A stretch of DNA of 64,000 bases, taken from an uncultured Pseudomonadota bacterium (GTDB lineage Bacteria; Pseudomonadota; Alphaproteobacteria; Rhizobiales; Xanthobacteraceae). Of the stretch, positions 9,681-20,937 are shown piece after piece. The notes beneath the pieces were generated by a model. It saw nothing but the letters and a program-made list of their open reading frames with translations. It had not been told where the DNA came from and searched no databases. Position numbers and translations under genes: made by a program. Position 1 is the first letter of the stretch, and each line of letters begins with the position of its first letter. The stretch spans positions 112,483 to 176,482 of the forward strand of contig CAVXLE010000004.1 in the NCBI GenBank assembly GCA_963762485.1, read 5' to 3'.

Positions 9681-12326
9681 TTAGGGCGCGGCGAGGGCGC
9701 GTTCTACGATGTCCGCTAGGTCGCGAGAAAGATTTGATGCGGCCATTATGCGCCTGAGGGCGGCTTCCGCTTTTGCACGGCGGGCAGTTTCGAGCGTGCG
9801 CCAGGTGCGGAAGGCGGTCGCGAGGCGCGCAGAAAGCTGCGGATTTTTTGGGTCCAATGCGAGCACGGTATCGGCGACAAAGTTATAACCCGCACCGTCG
9901 GCGCGATTGAATTGGGTGGCATTGCCCTGGGCGAAGGCGCCGACAAGGGCCCGCACGCGGTTCGGATTGGCGATCGAGAAGGCCGGATGGCCGGTTAGAA
10001 TGCGGACGTTGTCGAGCGTATTCGGCTCGGGGATCATCGCCTGAAGCGCGAACCACTTGTCCACCACCAACGCATCTGAGGCGAAGCGCAAATAAAAATC
10101 GGCAATGGCACGTTTGCGCTCGGGCGTATTGTGCAACGAGAGCGTTGCAAGCGCCGCCATGCGATCGGTCATATTGTCGGCGGCATGATATTGCCGTGCT
10201 GCACGCGCAATACCTGACGGCGAACCGTTTGCTGCCAGTAAGTCGAGCGCGACATTGCGTAGGGCGCGGCACCCGGCGCCCTTGGCATCGGGCGAATAGC
10301 TGCCAGGCACGGCCATGCGCTCGTAAGTAGCTGCAAGAGCGGAGGCGAGGCGCTCGCCAATATCGGCGCGTAGCTTGGCACGCGCCCGGAAGATCGCATC
10401 TGGGTCGATATCACGTCCAATTTCGCGCGCGATATCGCCTTCGCCGGGGGGTACAACCGCGAGCGCTATAAACGCCGGCTCAAGCCCACCGTCCGCAAGG
10501 AGCGCCGCGACCGCAAGGATCAATTTGTCATCGCTGCGCGGGGATTGGCCTGCCTGTATTGCTGCCGCGTTGTCGATGAGCAGGCGCATCGAGATGGTCT
10601 GCAGTGCCTGCCACCGATTGAACGCGTCGCTGTCGTGGGCGGCGAGGAACGCGAGATCGTCGGAATCGACGTGAACGTCGAGCCTGACGGGCGCCGAAAA
10701 GCCGCGATTGATTGAAGGCACCGGGCATTCGGCGATGCCGGAAAATTCAAACGTCGCAGCTTGCTCGCTCAGTACCAAAACATTGTGCTCAACTTTTCCA
10801 CCGGCGATCTGGCTGATCGGCAGGTCGCGCCCGTCCTTACCCACGAGACCGAAGGCTAGCGGAATAACCATGGGTTCCTTGACCGGCTGACCCGGCGTCG
10901 GCGGCAAGATTTGCCTGCAATCCAATGTGTAGGTTTTGTTTGCCTCGTTGAACCGGCCGCGGACCGTGACCTCAGGCGTGCCGGCCTGGCTGTACCAGCG
11001 CATGAACTGCGTCAGATCGCGTCCGCTGGCGTCGGCGAAGCACCGGATGAACTGCTCGACAGTAGCGGCCTCGCCGTCATGGCGAGAGAAATAGAGGTCC
11101 ATGCCAGCACGGAATTTTTCCCGACCTATCAGCGTCTGCACCATCCGCACCAGTTCAGCGCCTTTCTCGTAGACGGTGGCCGTGTAGAAATTGTTGATCT
11201 CCTTGTAGATCTCAGGACGGACCGGATGCGCCAACGGCCCGGAGTCCTCGATGAACTGCGCCGCACGAAGCCCACGCACGTCGGCGATCCGCTTTACCGG
11301 CCGCGAGCGCATGTCGGAAGAAAATTCCTGATCGCGGAAAACGGTGAGACCTTCCTTCAGGCAGAGTTGAAACCAGTCGCGGCAGGTAATGCGGTTGCCG
11401 GTCCAGTTGTGGAAATATTCGTGTGCGATCACCGCTTCGATATGGGCGAAGTCGGCGTCGGTAGCGGTGGCGGCGCTGGCGAGTACGTATTTATCGTTGA
11501 AGACGTTGAGGCCCTTGTTCTCCATCGCACCCATATTGAAGTCGGACACGGCAACGATCATGAAAATATCGAGATCATATTCGCGGCCAAAGGTCTGCTC
11601 GTCCCAACGCATGGAGCGTTTCAGTGAGTCCATCGCGTAGCTGCAACGGTCCTGCTTGCCGTGCTCGACATAGATACGCAGCACCACGTTACGGCCGGAC
11701 AGCGTAACGAAGCTGTCCTCCACGCAAGCCAGGTCGCCGCCAACCAACGCGAACAGATAGGATGGTTTGGGATGCGGATCGTGCCAGATAGCGAAATGAC
11801 GGCCGCCCGGAAGAACGCCGCTTTCGATCTGGTTGCCGTTCGACAGCAGCACCGGCGCTCCCGCTTTGTCCGCCTCGATCCGGGTCGTATAGACCGCCAT
11901 CACGTCGGGTCGGTCGGGAAAATAAGTGATACGGCGGAAGCCCTCGGCTTCGCATTGCGTGCAATACGTGCCGCTGGAACGGTAAAGTCCCGATAGCTGG
12001 GTATTCGCCGACGGATCGAGCAGGGTCTCGATTTCAAGTTTGAATGGGTGGTTTGGCGGCTGCGGAATTGTGAGGCTGTCGGGCGTCACAACATAGCTGT
12101 CTGCGGGCAAGGCGGTCCCGTCGAGCTTGAGGGAGACCAGGGACAGTCCATCACCATCCAGCACCAGCGGGGCAGCCGTTGTTTCAGGATTGGGCTTGAG
12201 CGCTATTGTCGCGCGCACTCTTGCCGCTGTTGGATGCAGCGATACGTCGAGTGAAACGGTTTCCACCAGCCAGTCGGGCGGGCGGTAGTCTTGCAGGCGG
12301 ACAGGCTGGGCAATATCGGTGCGCAT
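9681..12326 (-). CDS. pepN: Aminopeptidase N (M1 family)
   Basis: GAMENKGLN and HEYFHNWTGNR...LKEG zinc motifs; start MRTDIAQPVRLQDY at 12326. Confidence 0.96.
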   Translation of the reverse strand: MRTDIAQPVRLQDYRPPDWLVETVSLDVSLHPTAARVRATIALKPNPETTAAPLVLDGDGLSLVSLKLDGTALPADSYVVTPDSLTIPQPPNHPFKLEIETLLDPSANTQLSGLYRSSGTYCTQCEAEGFRRITYFPDRPDVMAVYTTRIEADKAGAPVLLSNGNQIESGVLPGGRHFAIWHDPHPKPSYLFALVGGDLACVEDSFVTLSGRNVVLRIYVEHGKQDRCSYAMDSLKRSMRWDEQTFGREYDLDIFMIVAVSDFNMGAMENKGLNVFNDKYVLASAATATDADFAHIEAVIAHEYFHNWTGNRITCRDWFQLCLKEGLTVFRDQEFSSDMRSRPVKRIADVRGLRAAQFIEDSGPLAHPVRPEIYKEINNFYTATVYEKGAELVRMVQTLIGREKFRAGMDLYFSRHDGEAATVEQFIRCFADASGRDLTQFMRWYSQAGTPEVTVRGRFNEANKTYTLDCRQILPPTPGQPVKEPMVIPLAFGLVGKDGRDLPISQIAGGKVEHNVLVLSEQAATFEFSGIAECPVPSINRGFSAPVRLDVHVDSDDLAFLAAHDSDAFNRWQALQTISMRLLIDNAAAIQAGQSPRSDDKLILAVAALLADGGLEPAFIALAVVPPGEGDIAREIGRDIDPDAIFRARAKLRADIGERLASALAATYERMAVPGSYSPDAKGAGCRALRNVALDLLAANGSPSGIARAARQYHAADNMTDRMAALATLSLHNTPERKRAIADFYLRFASDALVVDKWFALQAMIPEPNTLDNVRILTGHPAFSIANPNRVRALVGAFAQGNATQFNRADGAGYNFVADTVLALDPKNPQLSARLATAFRTWRTLETARRAKAEAALRRIMAASNLSRDLADIVERALAAP

Positions 12327-12368
12327 GGCTTTTGATCTAGAATGTCCGAGCGCCAATTGGAAGAATGA

Positions 12369-13364
12369 ATGATGCAGACCATGCATGCCATGGTGCTTGA
12401 CCAGCCACGCACGCCGCTCGTCATGCGCGAGCGGCCGCTACCCTCGCCGGGCGCCGGCGAAATCATGGTCGCGGTGACAGCTTGCGGGGTTTGCCGCACC
12501 GATCTGCATGTGGTGGATGGGGACCTTCCGCACCCGAAGCTGCCGCTTGTCCCCGGCCACGAAATTGTAGGCCAGGTATCGGCGTTAGGAGAGGGCGTAA
12601 GCGGATTTGCAATTGGCGAACGCGTCGGCGTGCCGTGGCTGGGTGCGACTTGTGGTGTATGTCCGTATTGTCGCAGCGATCGTGAAAACCTGTGTGATAC
12701 GCCGGTATTCACGGGGTATACGCGCGATGGCGGTTTCGCCACGCATACGCTCGCCGACGCACGCTTTTGTTTTTCGCTGGGCACAGCGGGTGACGATGCG
12801 CAGATCGCGCCCTGGCTTTGCGCCGGCCTGATCGGCTGGCGCAGCTATCGCATTGCAGGCGAGGGTGAGACCCTCGGACTTTATGGATTCGGGGCGGCCG
12901 CGCATATTTTGGCGCAGGTCGCAAAATGGCAAGGCCGCCGCGTGTTTGCGTTCACACGCAAAGGCGATCAAGCGGCGCAGGAATTCGCCCGCTCGCTTGG
13001 CGCGGTATGGGCGGGCGGCTCCGACGAATTGCCGACAGAGTTGCTCGACGCCGCAATCATCTTTGCGCCGGTTGGTACATTGGTGCCGACAGCCCTCAAG
13101 GCGGTAAAGAAGGGCGGACGCGTCGTGTGTGGCGGTATTCATATGTCGGATATCCCGAGCTTTCCCTACAAGTTGCTTTGGGAGGAACGGCAGCTGATGT
13201 CGGTCGCAAACCTGACGCGCGGAGACGCGCGTGAATTTCTGGAGGTTGCGCCCAAGGCCGGCGTGATGTGCGCGGTAACACGCTATCCACTCGCACGCGC
13301 CAACGACGCATTGTCGGATTTGCGCAACGGTCGCCTGCAGGGTGCGGCAGTTCTCTTGCCCTAG
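12369..13364 (+). CDS. Zinc-dependent alcohol dehydrogenase family protein
   Basis: CGVCRTDLH, GHEIVG, structural Zn CGVCPYC...C, GLYGFGAAA; start may be 12381. Confidence 0.9.
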   Translation: MMQTMHAMVLDQPRTPLVMRERPLPSPGAGEIMVAVTACGVCRTDLHVVDGDLPHPKLPLVPGHEIVGQVSALGEGVSGFAIGERVGVPWLGATCGVCPYCRSDRENLCDTPVFTGYTRDGGFATHTLADARFCFSLGTAGDDAQIAPWLCAGLIGWRSYRIAGEGETLGLYGFGAAAHILAQVAKWQGRRVFAFTRKGDQAAQEFARSLGAVWAGGSDELPTELLDAAIIFAPVGTLVPTALKAVKKGGRVVCGGIHMSDIPSFPYKLLWEERQLMSVANLTRGDAREFLEVAPKAGVMCAVTRYPLARANDALSDLRNGRLQGAAVLLP

Positions 13365-13466
13365 TCTCGGCGCGGCATTGACACAAACATTCCTCACTTT
13401 TCCGCGGAACGATCATGCGTCGCCATCGTTGCGTTTTCGACCGTCCGGTCGGTGGGGATCATCAAG

Positions 13467-14652
13467 ATGGCGAAAGGCGCACGGTTCGTGGCGCTCGAAC
13501 TCATGGCGAGGAATTTGCGCGGTCCTCGTCGTGTTGTTTCATTTTGTTTCCGTGTTGCCGAGCTCTCTCGGAAGCTCGATGTTCGTGCGCAACGCCTACT
13601 TGTTTGTCGATTTCTTTTTCGTGCTCAGCGGTTTTGTGCTCTGCCACGGTTATCGCGGAAAGGTCTCCAAGGCGAGCGAGTTATGGCAATTTATTTTGCG
13701 GCGCTTCGCGCGCGTTTGGCCACTGCACGCCATGATGCTCATCGCGTTTTTCGTCGCAATCGTTTGTATCGGCCATCTACCCCATCCTGACGATCTCACG
13801 CTCACCTGGAAGGAAAATAGCTACGCATTACAGGCACTGCTGCCCGACCTGCTGTTGTTGAATGCAGTCGGGTTGCATGGCTCAGTGTGGAACGGGCCAG
13901 CCTGGAGCATAGGCGCCGAATTCTATGTCTATTTGCTGTTCGCGCTCTTGCTTCTGTTCGCGAGCCGCCGTCTTGTTGCGACCTGCATTGCGCTGTCAAT
14001 CATCGCGCTGGCCTTCATTTTTTGGCGGTCGCCGGATCTCATGAACACGACTTGGGACTTTGGTCTGATCCGTTGCATCGCTGGATTTTTTAGCGGCGTC
14101 GTTGCCTATCATTTATATGAGCGGTTGGGGGCGAGTGAGCCGTTTAAAGCGACAATGTTTGAGTTCACGGCTGTTGTGCTCGTCATCTTGTTCGTCTTCT
14201 ATTCCGGAGCAGGCCCCGATTCAGTATTTGTCACCAGCCTTGCCGCGCCACTGACATTTGGCATGGCGGTGATCGTGTTTGCGCGCGACCGTGGGCTTTT
14301 TTCGTTTGTGCTGCGCGCGCGGCCGTTCCGTGCGTTGGGGCGCTATTCACTTGCAATCTATATCATTCATCAGCCGCTGCTGATTGTGGCGTGTTACGGC
14401 GTCTGGCTTTCCGGCTATCAGACCTGGGCTTTTGGTTCATCGACGGGAAAGCCGGAAATGGGATCGCCCGATCTTTTTCTGGTTGATTTTGTCCTGGCAG
14501 TTATCGTTATCGCTGCCGGCACCTACCGCTTTGCCGAGCTGCCAGCTCGCAATTGTTTGAACCGCCTTGCCAAAAAACCAGTTCAGTTGAAAGCCCGAAA
14601 TTCGCGCGTTCGGGCTTTATCGCTTGCAGGAAGGCGGCGCGCAGCGGCCTGA
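13467..14652 (+). pseudogene. Acyltransferase-3 (OafA-like) membrane O-acyltransferase with a +1 frameshift near codon 11
   Basis: ATG 13467 reads MAKGARFVAL(E); another frame continues SWRGICAVLVVLFH...VDFFFVLSGF...WSIGAEFYVY; span of 1186 nt = 3n+1. Confidence 0.75.
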
Positions 14653-14662
14653 ACATGCGCGC

Positions 14663-16033
14663 TTATCGAATCGGTTCGGCATGGCCGATCACACGCTTGA
14701 TCGACGGCGACCGCTCTTTCAGGGCACGCTCGAGCGCATCGACATTTTCGTGCACAGTCTGCACGCTCAGCTGAGGATCGACGCGGCAGTGGAAATTGAC
14801 GATTTCGCCCTCGTCAGTTTCGCGAACGCGAACTTCATGCACATCGCGGATATTGCGGCCCTCTGCCGCGAGCTCCGATAGCGCAATCGCAACTGCCTTG
14901 ACCCTTTCGGGCGGCGCTTCGCGACCCGAAGCATCCTGCGGCTGCAAAGGCTCGATGTGTGTTTCGACCTCGACGGCGGCGCCAAGCTCGGCTGCTATTG
15001 CCTCCTCCAGCCCGTCTGCCATTTCGTGCGCCGCGAGGAGTGAAAGCTTGCCGTCGACCTCAAGGTCGAGCGACACTGCCCGCTTGCCGCCGAGCTCATG
15101 AACCGTGACGTGATGCACCGCGAGCGCCCGGTTGCGTGCGATCACCATCACGCAATCGAGGACGCTCTCATTGCTGAGCGCGACCGGATCGGTCGTTACG
15201 GTCGGCTCCGCGCCCGGCATCTGCCTGCGGATCGCGTCGGCGATCTGGTCCTTGAGCGCGCTCACGCGGTCGAGCGGCAGTGTGCGGCTGACCGCGACAC
15301 CGAGATCGATGAAGGTTTTTTCGCCGACGGCGCGGACGCGCACTTGCTCGACCGCGACTACGCCGGTGATTTTTGCCGCAATGGCTGTAATTTTTTCTGC
15401 GGCGCCGGGCGGCGCAACGTCGATGAGCGTATCGATGGTTCTCTTGCCGAGACGCCAGCCGGCAAAGCAGACGAGCACCGCCACCACCAGTGCCGCGGCC
15501 GAATCCGCCCATGGCAGCCCGAAATACACACCGAACAAGCCGATCAGCACGGCCAAAGAAGACCAAAGATCGGAGGAAAAATGCAACGCGTCTGCTTCGA
15601 GCGCATGGCTCGATGTCTTTTCCGCCGTGTGCGATAGCGCCCGGGCGCGGAAGAAGTCGACGACAATCGACCCGATGATCACGCCGAAGGCCCACACTGT
15701 CGCTTCGACCAGATGGCCCTCATGCTCGACCAGCCGCTTGATTGCTTCCCAGATCACCACGCCGGACAGTAAAAATAACAGGGCCGTTTCGGCCAGCGCG
15801 GACACCGCTTCGACTTTGCCATGCCCGTAGTGATGCTGTTCGTCGGCTGGCTTCCCGGAAATACGAACGGCAACATAGGTCATGATCGTCGCGCCGAGAT
15901 CGATCAGCGAGTGTCCCGCCTCTGACAGAATCGCCAAAGAGCCAGTGGCAAAGCCGACCAGTCCCTTTGCGATGGTCAGGCCTGCCGAAGCCGCGATCGA
16001 GGAAAGGGCGACTTGTTCTTTTTCGCTCTGCAT
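14663..16033 (-). CDS. Cation diffusion facilitator transporter with duplicated C-terminal dimerisation domains
   Basis: SEAGHSLID, HHYGHGKVE and ADALHFSSD CDF motifs; start MQSEKEQ at 16033. Confidence 0.9.
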   Translation of the reverse strand: MQSEKEQVALSSIAASAGLTIAKGLVGFATGSLAILSEAGHSLIDLGATIMTYVAVRISGKPADEQHHYGHGKVEAVSALAETALLFLLSGVVIWEAIKRLVEHEGHLVEATVWAFGVIIGSIVVDFFRARALSHTAEKTSSHALEADALHFSSDLWSSLAVLIGLFGVYFGLPWADSAAALVVAVLVCFAGWRLGKRTIDTLIDVAPPGAAEKITAIAAKITGVVAVEQVRVRAVGEKTFIDLGVAVSRTLPLDRVSALKDQIADAIRRQMPGAEPTVTTDPVALSNESVLDCVMVIARNRALAVHHVTVHELGGKRAVSLDLEVDGKLSLLAAHEMADGLEEAIAAELGAAVEVETHIEPLQPQDASGREAPPERVKAVAIALSELAAEGRNIRDVHEVRVRETDEGEIVNFHCRVDPQLSVQTVHENVDALERALKERSPSIKRVIGHAEPIR

Positions 16034-16091
16034 GTGGCGCCGGTGTAGCCTAAATGGCTGAAAATTTCGAGAACAACCGGGGGCCTTTATG

Positions 16092-17087
16092 TTACAGGGT
16101 AATTGATTTTCCGTCCGCTGCCGCCGAGCGCGTGACGGCGTCGAGAATACGAATGTTGGCGAGCAATTGGTCGGTCGTGAAGCGATAGGGCGCACGGCCT
16201 TCAACCGCATCGCCCCAGGCCTCGAAATTCATCCGAACGGTATTGATATGGTGGAAGTTACGCGTCTGTCGGCTGCCGTCCGGGGCGCAGTGCACAAAGC
16301 TCGACGGGATACCTTTGTCGACGTTGCCGCCTTCCTGCACCTCGACCCAGCCCTGATCGCAAACGAGCGTGAAGCGGCCGTAGAAAGGCGGGGTCGACAA
16401 ACAGGTAATTCGGCCGCGCGCTCCATTTTCAAATTCGATTTCGGCACTCACAAAGTCTTCCGAAGGCGCCGGAAATATTTGCGAAGCCGTGCGTGCGGTG
16501 ACGCGGACGGGTCCACCTGCAAAAGACACGAACATGTCGCCAAGGTGGATGCCAAGCGCGGTCCAGGCGCCAGCCGGCGCGTGCCGGGGATCGCGTCGCC
16601 AGTTCGACGGATCCATCTTCCGAAAATTATTGTGGCTGACATTGGCGTCCATGTGCAGCACGCGGCCAAGAGCACCGCTCTCGAACAGGCGCCGCATCTC
16701 TTCCATTGCGGGCTCATAACGCCTCTCATGGCCAATGCCGAGCACGCCACCGGCCTTGGCGCAGGCTGCCAGAATTCTTTCAGCACTTGCGGTCGTGAGT
16801 GCGAGAGGTTTTTCGCAGAATACCTGCTTGCCGGCACCGAACGCCGCGATTGCCATCTCTTCGTGCAGCAAATGCGGGGTTACGACGGCAACGGCATCGA
16901 CATCGGGCCGCTCGAGCAATGTCGTGTAGTCGTCGGCCAAGTCAAACTTATGAGCGGCAGCAAACGGCGCCGCCATCCTGGTGTCGATATCGCATCCGGC
17001 CACCACATTGAAGCGGGGGCTCTCGGCAAGACAGGTCACAATCTGCTTGCCCCACCAGCCAAGCCCAATAATTCCGATGCGGATCAT
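16092..17087 (-). CDS. Gfo/Idh/MocA family oxidoreductase
   Basis: IGIIGLGWWG Rossmann motif; VFCEKPLA; start MIRIGIIG at 17087. Confidence 0.9.
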   Translation of the reverse strand: MIRIGIIGLGWWGKQIVTCLAESPRFNVVAGCDIDTRMAAPFAAAHKFDLADDYTTLLERPDVDAVAVVTPHLLHEEMAIAAFGAGKQVFCEKPLALTTASAERILAACAKAGGVLGIGHERRYEPAMEEMRRLFESGALGRVLHMDANVSHNNFRKMDPSNWRRDPRHAPAGAWTALGIHLGDMFVSFAGGPVRVTARTASQIFPAPSEDFVSAEIEFENGARGRITCLSTPPFYGRFTLVCDQGWVEVQEGGNVDKGIPSSFVHCAPDGSRQTRNFHHINTVRMNFEAWGDAVEGRAPYRFTTDQLLANIRILDAVTRSAAADGKSITL

Positions 17088-17252
17088 TGCGGGTCGTTCC
17101 CTTGCGGTTTTCGACCACAACAATGCGGGGCTTATGCTTAATGCGCAATGGATTACCTTTCGGGCGCCGCCTGCGCCAGCCCGGGTCCGTCACCGAGGCC
17201 GCCGCAGGCATCCGGGCGCCGAATTTTTTGCACCGAGTGGGCAGACCCCAAT

Positions 17253-18014
17253 TCAGCCGCCAGAGCCCGAAATAAACTCACGTCGCACGGTACGCAGGAT
17301 GATGATCAGGTCGAGCCACAAAGACCACCGCTCGATATACTGCAAATCATGGTCAAGCCGTTCAATAGCGGAAAGGGGGGCAGCAGTGCTACCGCGATAG
17401 CCGGATGCCTGCGCCAGGCCGGTGATGCCGGGGCGCATATTATGCCGCTGAAAATAATATGGCGTGAGTTCTTCGTACAAAATGCCTCCCGCCAGCATGC
17501 CTGGCACATGCGGGCGTGGCCCTACAAGGGACATGTCGCCAATGATCACGTTGATAAGCTGTGGAAGCTCATCAAAACTCGTCTTCCGCAAAAAGCGCCC
17601 AAGTGGCGTCACCCGAGGGTCATCGGATGTCGTCTGTCGCGTCCCGCGATTGTCGCTGACCTGGATGTACATCGTGCGAAATTTGTAAATCCAGAATCGG
17701 CGGTTGTGATAGCCGTAACGCTTTTGTCGGAAGAAGACTGGCCCGGGCGATGTGATTTTAATCGCGAATACAATGCCGATCAGGAGCGGCGCAAACAACA
17801 GAAGTCCAAGGCTGGCGCCAATTACGTCAACTGCTCTTTTTACCGCTAACAGCAAAAGCGACGGTTCGAGGGTTGCCAGGTCATCGGTCCAACAACGGCG
17901 TGCTCGACGTTTTCGGCTTCTCCGGTCCCGTGAATGCGCGGCTACGGGAAATATCGACGTCGGCACACTTATGTTGCGAAGCCGACTTAACGGAACAGAA
18001 ATACCAGATGCCAT
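17253..18014 (-). CDS. Priming sugar transferase (polyprenyl-phosphate phosphoglycosyltransferase, WcaJ/ExoY-like)
   Basis: [51 protein letters not shown]. Confidence 0.92.
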   Translation of the reverse strand: MASGISVPLSRLRNISVPTSIFPVAAHSRDRRSRKRRARRCWTDDLATLEPSLLLLAVKRAVDVIGASLGLLLFAPLLIGIVFAIKITSPGPVFFRQKRYGYHNRRFWIYKFRTMYIQVSDNRGTRQTTSDDPRVTPLGRFLRKTSFDELPQLINVIIGDMSLVGPRPHVPGMLAGGILYEELTPYYFQRHNMRPGITGLAQASGYRGSTAAPLSAIERLDHDLQYIERWSLWLDLIIILRTVRREFISGSGG

Positions 18015-18632
18015 CGTAGCTACCCTAGCACGACTTGAATTGCACTTGAATCACTATGGGCCGCAGCGCGGTGTACATTGCACTCTAAGCTACCTGACAA
18101 TGTGAAAACATTGAGACGCTTCAGCTTCACGATATGCTTCATTTTTTTGCAGACCCGCACCTTAAACAGACGGCGAACCCTTGAAAACGTTTAGTTCGCC
18201 AGAAATGTTCAGATGATAACCGATAAAAAGAATCAGACTTGATATTTAACTAACGCCGACGTTTGGACACAGATTGTCTTTAAACAGGCGGGGCGTGCAA
18301 ATCGGAGAGCTTCGCGCAACCGGAATACGGAGCGGGCCATGGTGCGACTGGTCCCTATTCGATTTCGAATTGAGAATTGCTTTTCTGGCCGAACCGATCT
18401 CGCCTGTTCGGGCCGTCAGATGCGGAACGGACTCTTTGCCATCAACATGATCGTTTGGGTTTTTATTATTGTTGCTTTCAGCTACCTCGCTCAAAAGGTT
18501 CTGTGATACCGCCAAGAAATTTTTTTTATAGCGGAACCATATGACGATTTAGCGCTTTTGGTTTGCACGAGACTTGCGTGCCAAACGCGGCACGGAATAC
18601 GCGGAAAGAGTTGACGACCGGGGGGTGAGTTT

Positions 18633-19232
18633 ATGCGTCTGCATCCAAACGTCTTTTTTTTATTGGTGGCTACCTTTTTGGCAGGCTGTAGCTCTGGCGG
18701 AAATAATCAGACCGGCCTGACGGGGGCAGCGCTATCGAGCTATGCCGGACCCGGTCCACTACGCGGCTCGGACGAACCATACAAGTTGGGCCCCGGCGAT
18801 AGGATACGTCTCAAGGTCTATGACGATCAAAATTTGACCGGCGAATACGAAGTCGACAGTACCGGGTTCGTATCAATTCCGCTCGTCGGTCGGGCCCGTG
18901 CATCCGGACTAACCACAAACCAGCTCGAAAAGACGCTCACCGGTCGCATGAAGGGCAGCATCTCACAGGACCCCAAGATCAACGTTGAGATCGCTTCGTA
19001 TGCTCCTTTCTATATCTACGGAGAAGTCAAGAAAGCCGGTGTCTACCCGTTTCAGCCTGGTATCACGGTTGCTGATGCCGTTGCGACGGCGGGTGGCCTG
19101 ACCTATCGGGCGGACGAAAGCACCATCTACTTGCAACGCGCCGGAGCCGCCTCTCAACAGGCAGTGCGACTTGATGTTCCGGTGCGTATCTTCCCCGGCG
19201 ACAATATTCGAGTTGCTGAGCGGATGTTCTGA
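18633..19232 (+). CDS. Polysaccharide export lipoprotein (Wza/OPX family)
   Basis: Lipobox FLAGC; PES motif YKLGPGDRIRLKVY...G.VSIPLVG; SLBB domain. Confidence 0.9.
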   Translation: MRLHPNVFFLLVATFLAGCSSGGNNQTGLTGAALSSYAGPGPLRGSDEPYKLGPGDRIRLKVYDDQNLTGEYEVDSTGFVSIPLVGRARASGLTTNQLEKTLTGRMKGSISQDPKINVEIASYAPFYIYGEVKKAGVYPFQPGITVADAVATAGGLTYRADESTIYLQRAGAASQQAVRLDVPVRIFPGDNIRVAERMF

Positions 19233-19560
19233 GAATTTTCGCGTGCAGTGTACCTCACAGATGGCGGACATTGATCGACATGACACGAATAAATGAAGGC
19301 CTCGGTTATTCCGAATTCCCGATTATGCACCGCGGGAACGGTTGGACGATGTACGTGTTCTTTGGTTGTAGGGAATTCCCTTCAATTTGTTCGTGGTGTC
19401 GATGAAATGGCAATTCTCGGTGATGTTTGGTGGAAACACGACTTCAAGATTTTGCTCCGATATCGCCTGGAACTAGTCGAATGATGCGTGGATACGAGAG
19501 ATAAAAAAAGCGGGCCGGCTGGTCCAACTCGTAGCGAAATCCAAATGGTGATCGCATGCG

Positions 19561-20937
19561 GTGGGGCTAGCGTCAGTGAACCTGTTAAGTGCGAGGAAGC
19601 GTCTCTGGGTGCGGCCAGCCATTGTCGGCGGCATGCTTGTTGCCTCGACCTTTCGGTCCGATGCGCAGGTCATTCCGACGCGGGAGATAGTGATGCCGCC
19701 CTGGAATACTCAACATGTCTTTGAGCCGGCGCCGCTGCCGCAATTGGCGGACCCAGATTCGCGCGAAGTCGTGGCGCCTGAAGACACGCCGGTGAAAGGA
19801 AGGGTGCACCCGGACTACGCGGCGCGAGGAATTCGGGCAGGCGACTGGATGTTCAATCCGACGCTATATGCAGGCGCGCTCTATAACAGCAACGTTTTCG
19901 CCTCGCCCAGTAACCAGCAAAGCGACATCGTCGCACAGGTTGGCGCAGGTCTGGGCGCGCAAAGCCTTTGGGAGCGGCATGGCATCAATGTAAATTTTGG
20001 GGCGTTATCCACGCTTTACGGGCACCATTCAGGCCTGAACCAAACCGACGCGAACTTCACAACCACTGGCCACTTTGACATCGATCACAGCACCCAGCTG
20101 CTGGGCGCTTTCAGGGCATCTTACCTTCATGTGGGGGTCGGCACGCTCACTTCGCCCACCGGTGCCGTCGAACCAACACCATATACGCACTTGTCCGGCG
20201 ACCTGGCGCTTCGAAAGGAGTTTGGTCGCGTAACGACTGCGTTTGGCACGCGCGTGGAATCCTACGACTATGGCTCAACTATTGCGCAGAATGGCTCGAT
20301 CATCAGTCAGGATGCCCGCGATGGACAGATTTATACGGCGTATGGCCGAACCGATTACGCATTTTCCGAAAAATCGGCATTTTTCACCTCGGTCGAAGGC
20401 AATTGGCGAAACTTGCAGGGGACGCCAACTCAGTCGTTGGAGTCAGATGGCTATCGCGCGCTAGCCGGGTTCGATCTTGAGTTCACTCACCTGATCAAAG
20501 GCGAGCTTGCGGCTGGCTATCTAAAGCAACACTATTTTGCGTCATCAATTGGCAACATCGAAGGCCCAGCATACCGCGCAATGCTGACCTGGAGTCCGTC
20601 GCGATTAGTGGACGTCCACTTAAACGCTGAGCAGCTCGTAACCGAAGTTTCGGATACCACCGCAACCGGCGTTCTTGCTAACGCGGTGCAGCTGGGGATC
20701 GACTATGAATTCCGGCCGAACATTGTTGTCTTGACCGCGGCGACTTTCGAGAAAGATCGCTTTCAGGGACAGACACGAGAAGACAATGTCTACGCGCTCG
20801 ACGCACGGATCAACTACGCCCTGAACAATGTGACCTCGATTTCATTGCGATATCGCTACACGCGTCGGGATAGCAATGCCCCAGACGCCAGCTATGACCA
20901 ACACCTAGTAGGCGTGAATGCTTCAGCCCATTTCTGA
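19561..20937 (+). CDS. Outer-membrane beta-barrel protein of the EPS export system
   Basis: GIRAGDWMFNP...YNSNVFA start motif; alternating beta-strand pattern; C-terminal Phe; lies between wza and wzc; start uncertain. Confidence 0.8.
   Translation: MGLASVNLLSARKRLWVRPAIVGGMLVASTFRSDAQVIPTREIVMPPWNTQHVFEPAPLPQLADPDSREVVAPEDTPVKGRVHPDYAARGIRAGDWMFNPTLYAGALYNSNVFASPSNQQSDIVAQVGAGLGAQSLWERHGINVNFGALSTLYGHHSGLNQTDANFTTTGHFDIDHSTQLLGAFRASYLHVGVGTLTSPTGAVEPTPYTHLSGDLALRKEFGRVTTAFGTRVESYDYGSTIAQNGSIISQDARDGQIYTAYGRTDYAFSEKSAFFTSVEGNWRNLQGTPTQSLESDGYRALAGFDLEFTHLIKGELAAGYLKQHYFASSIGNIEGPAYRAMLTWSPSRLVDVHLNAEQLVTEVSDTTATGVLANAVQLGIDYEFRPNIVVLTAATFEKDRFQGQTREDNVYALDARINYALNNVTSISLRYRYTRRDSNAPDASYDQHLVGVNASAHF

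Noticed and set aside
18563-18603. Sigma-54 promoter upstream of wza (TTGCACGAGACTTGC; CGGCACGGAATACGC)
   Set aside because: The first lacks the -24 GG and the second lacks the -12 TTGC; too weak to call.
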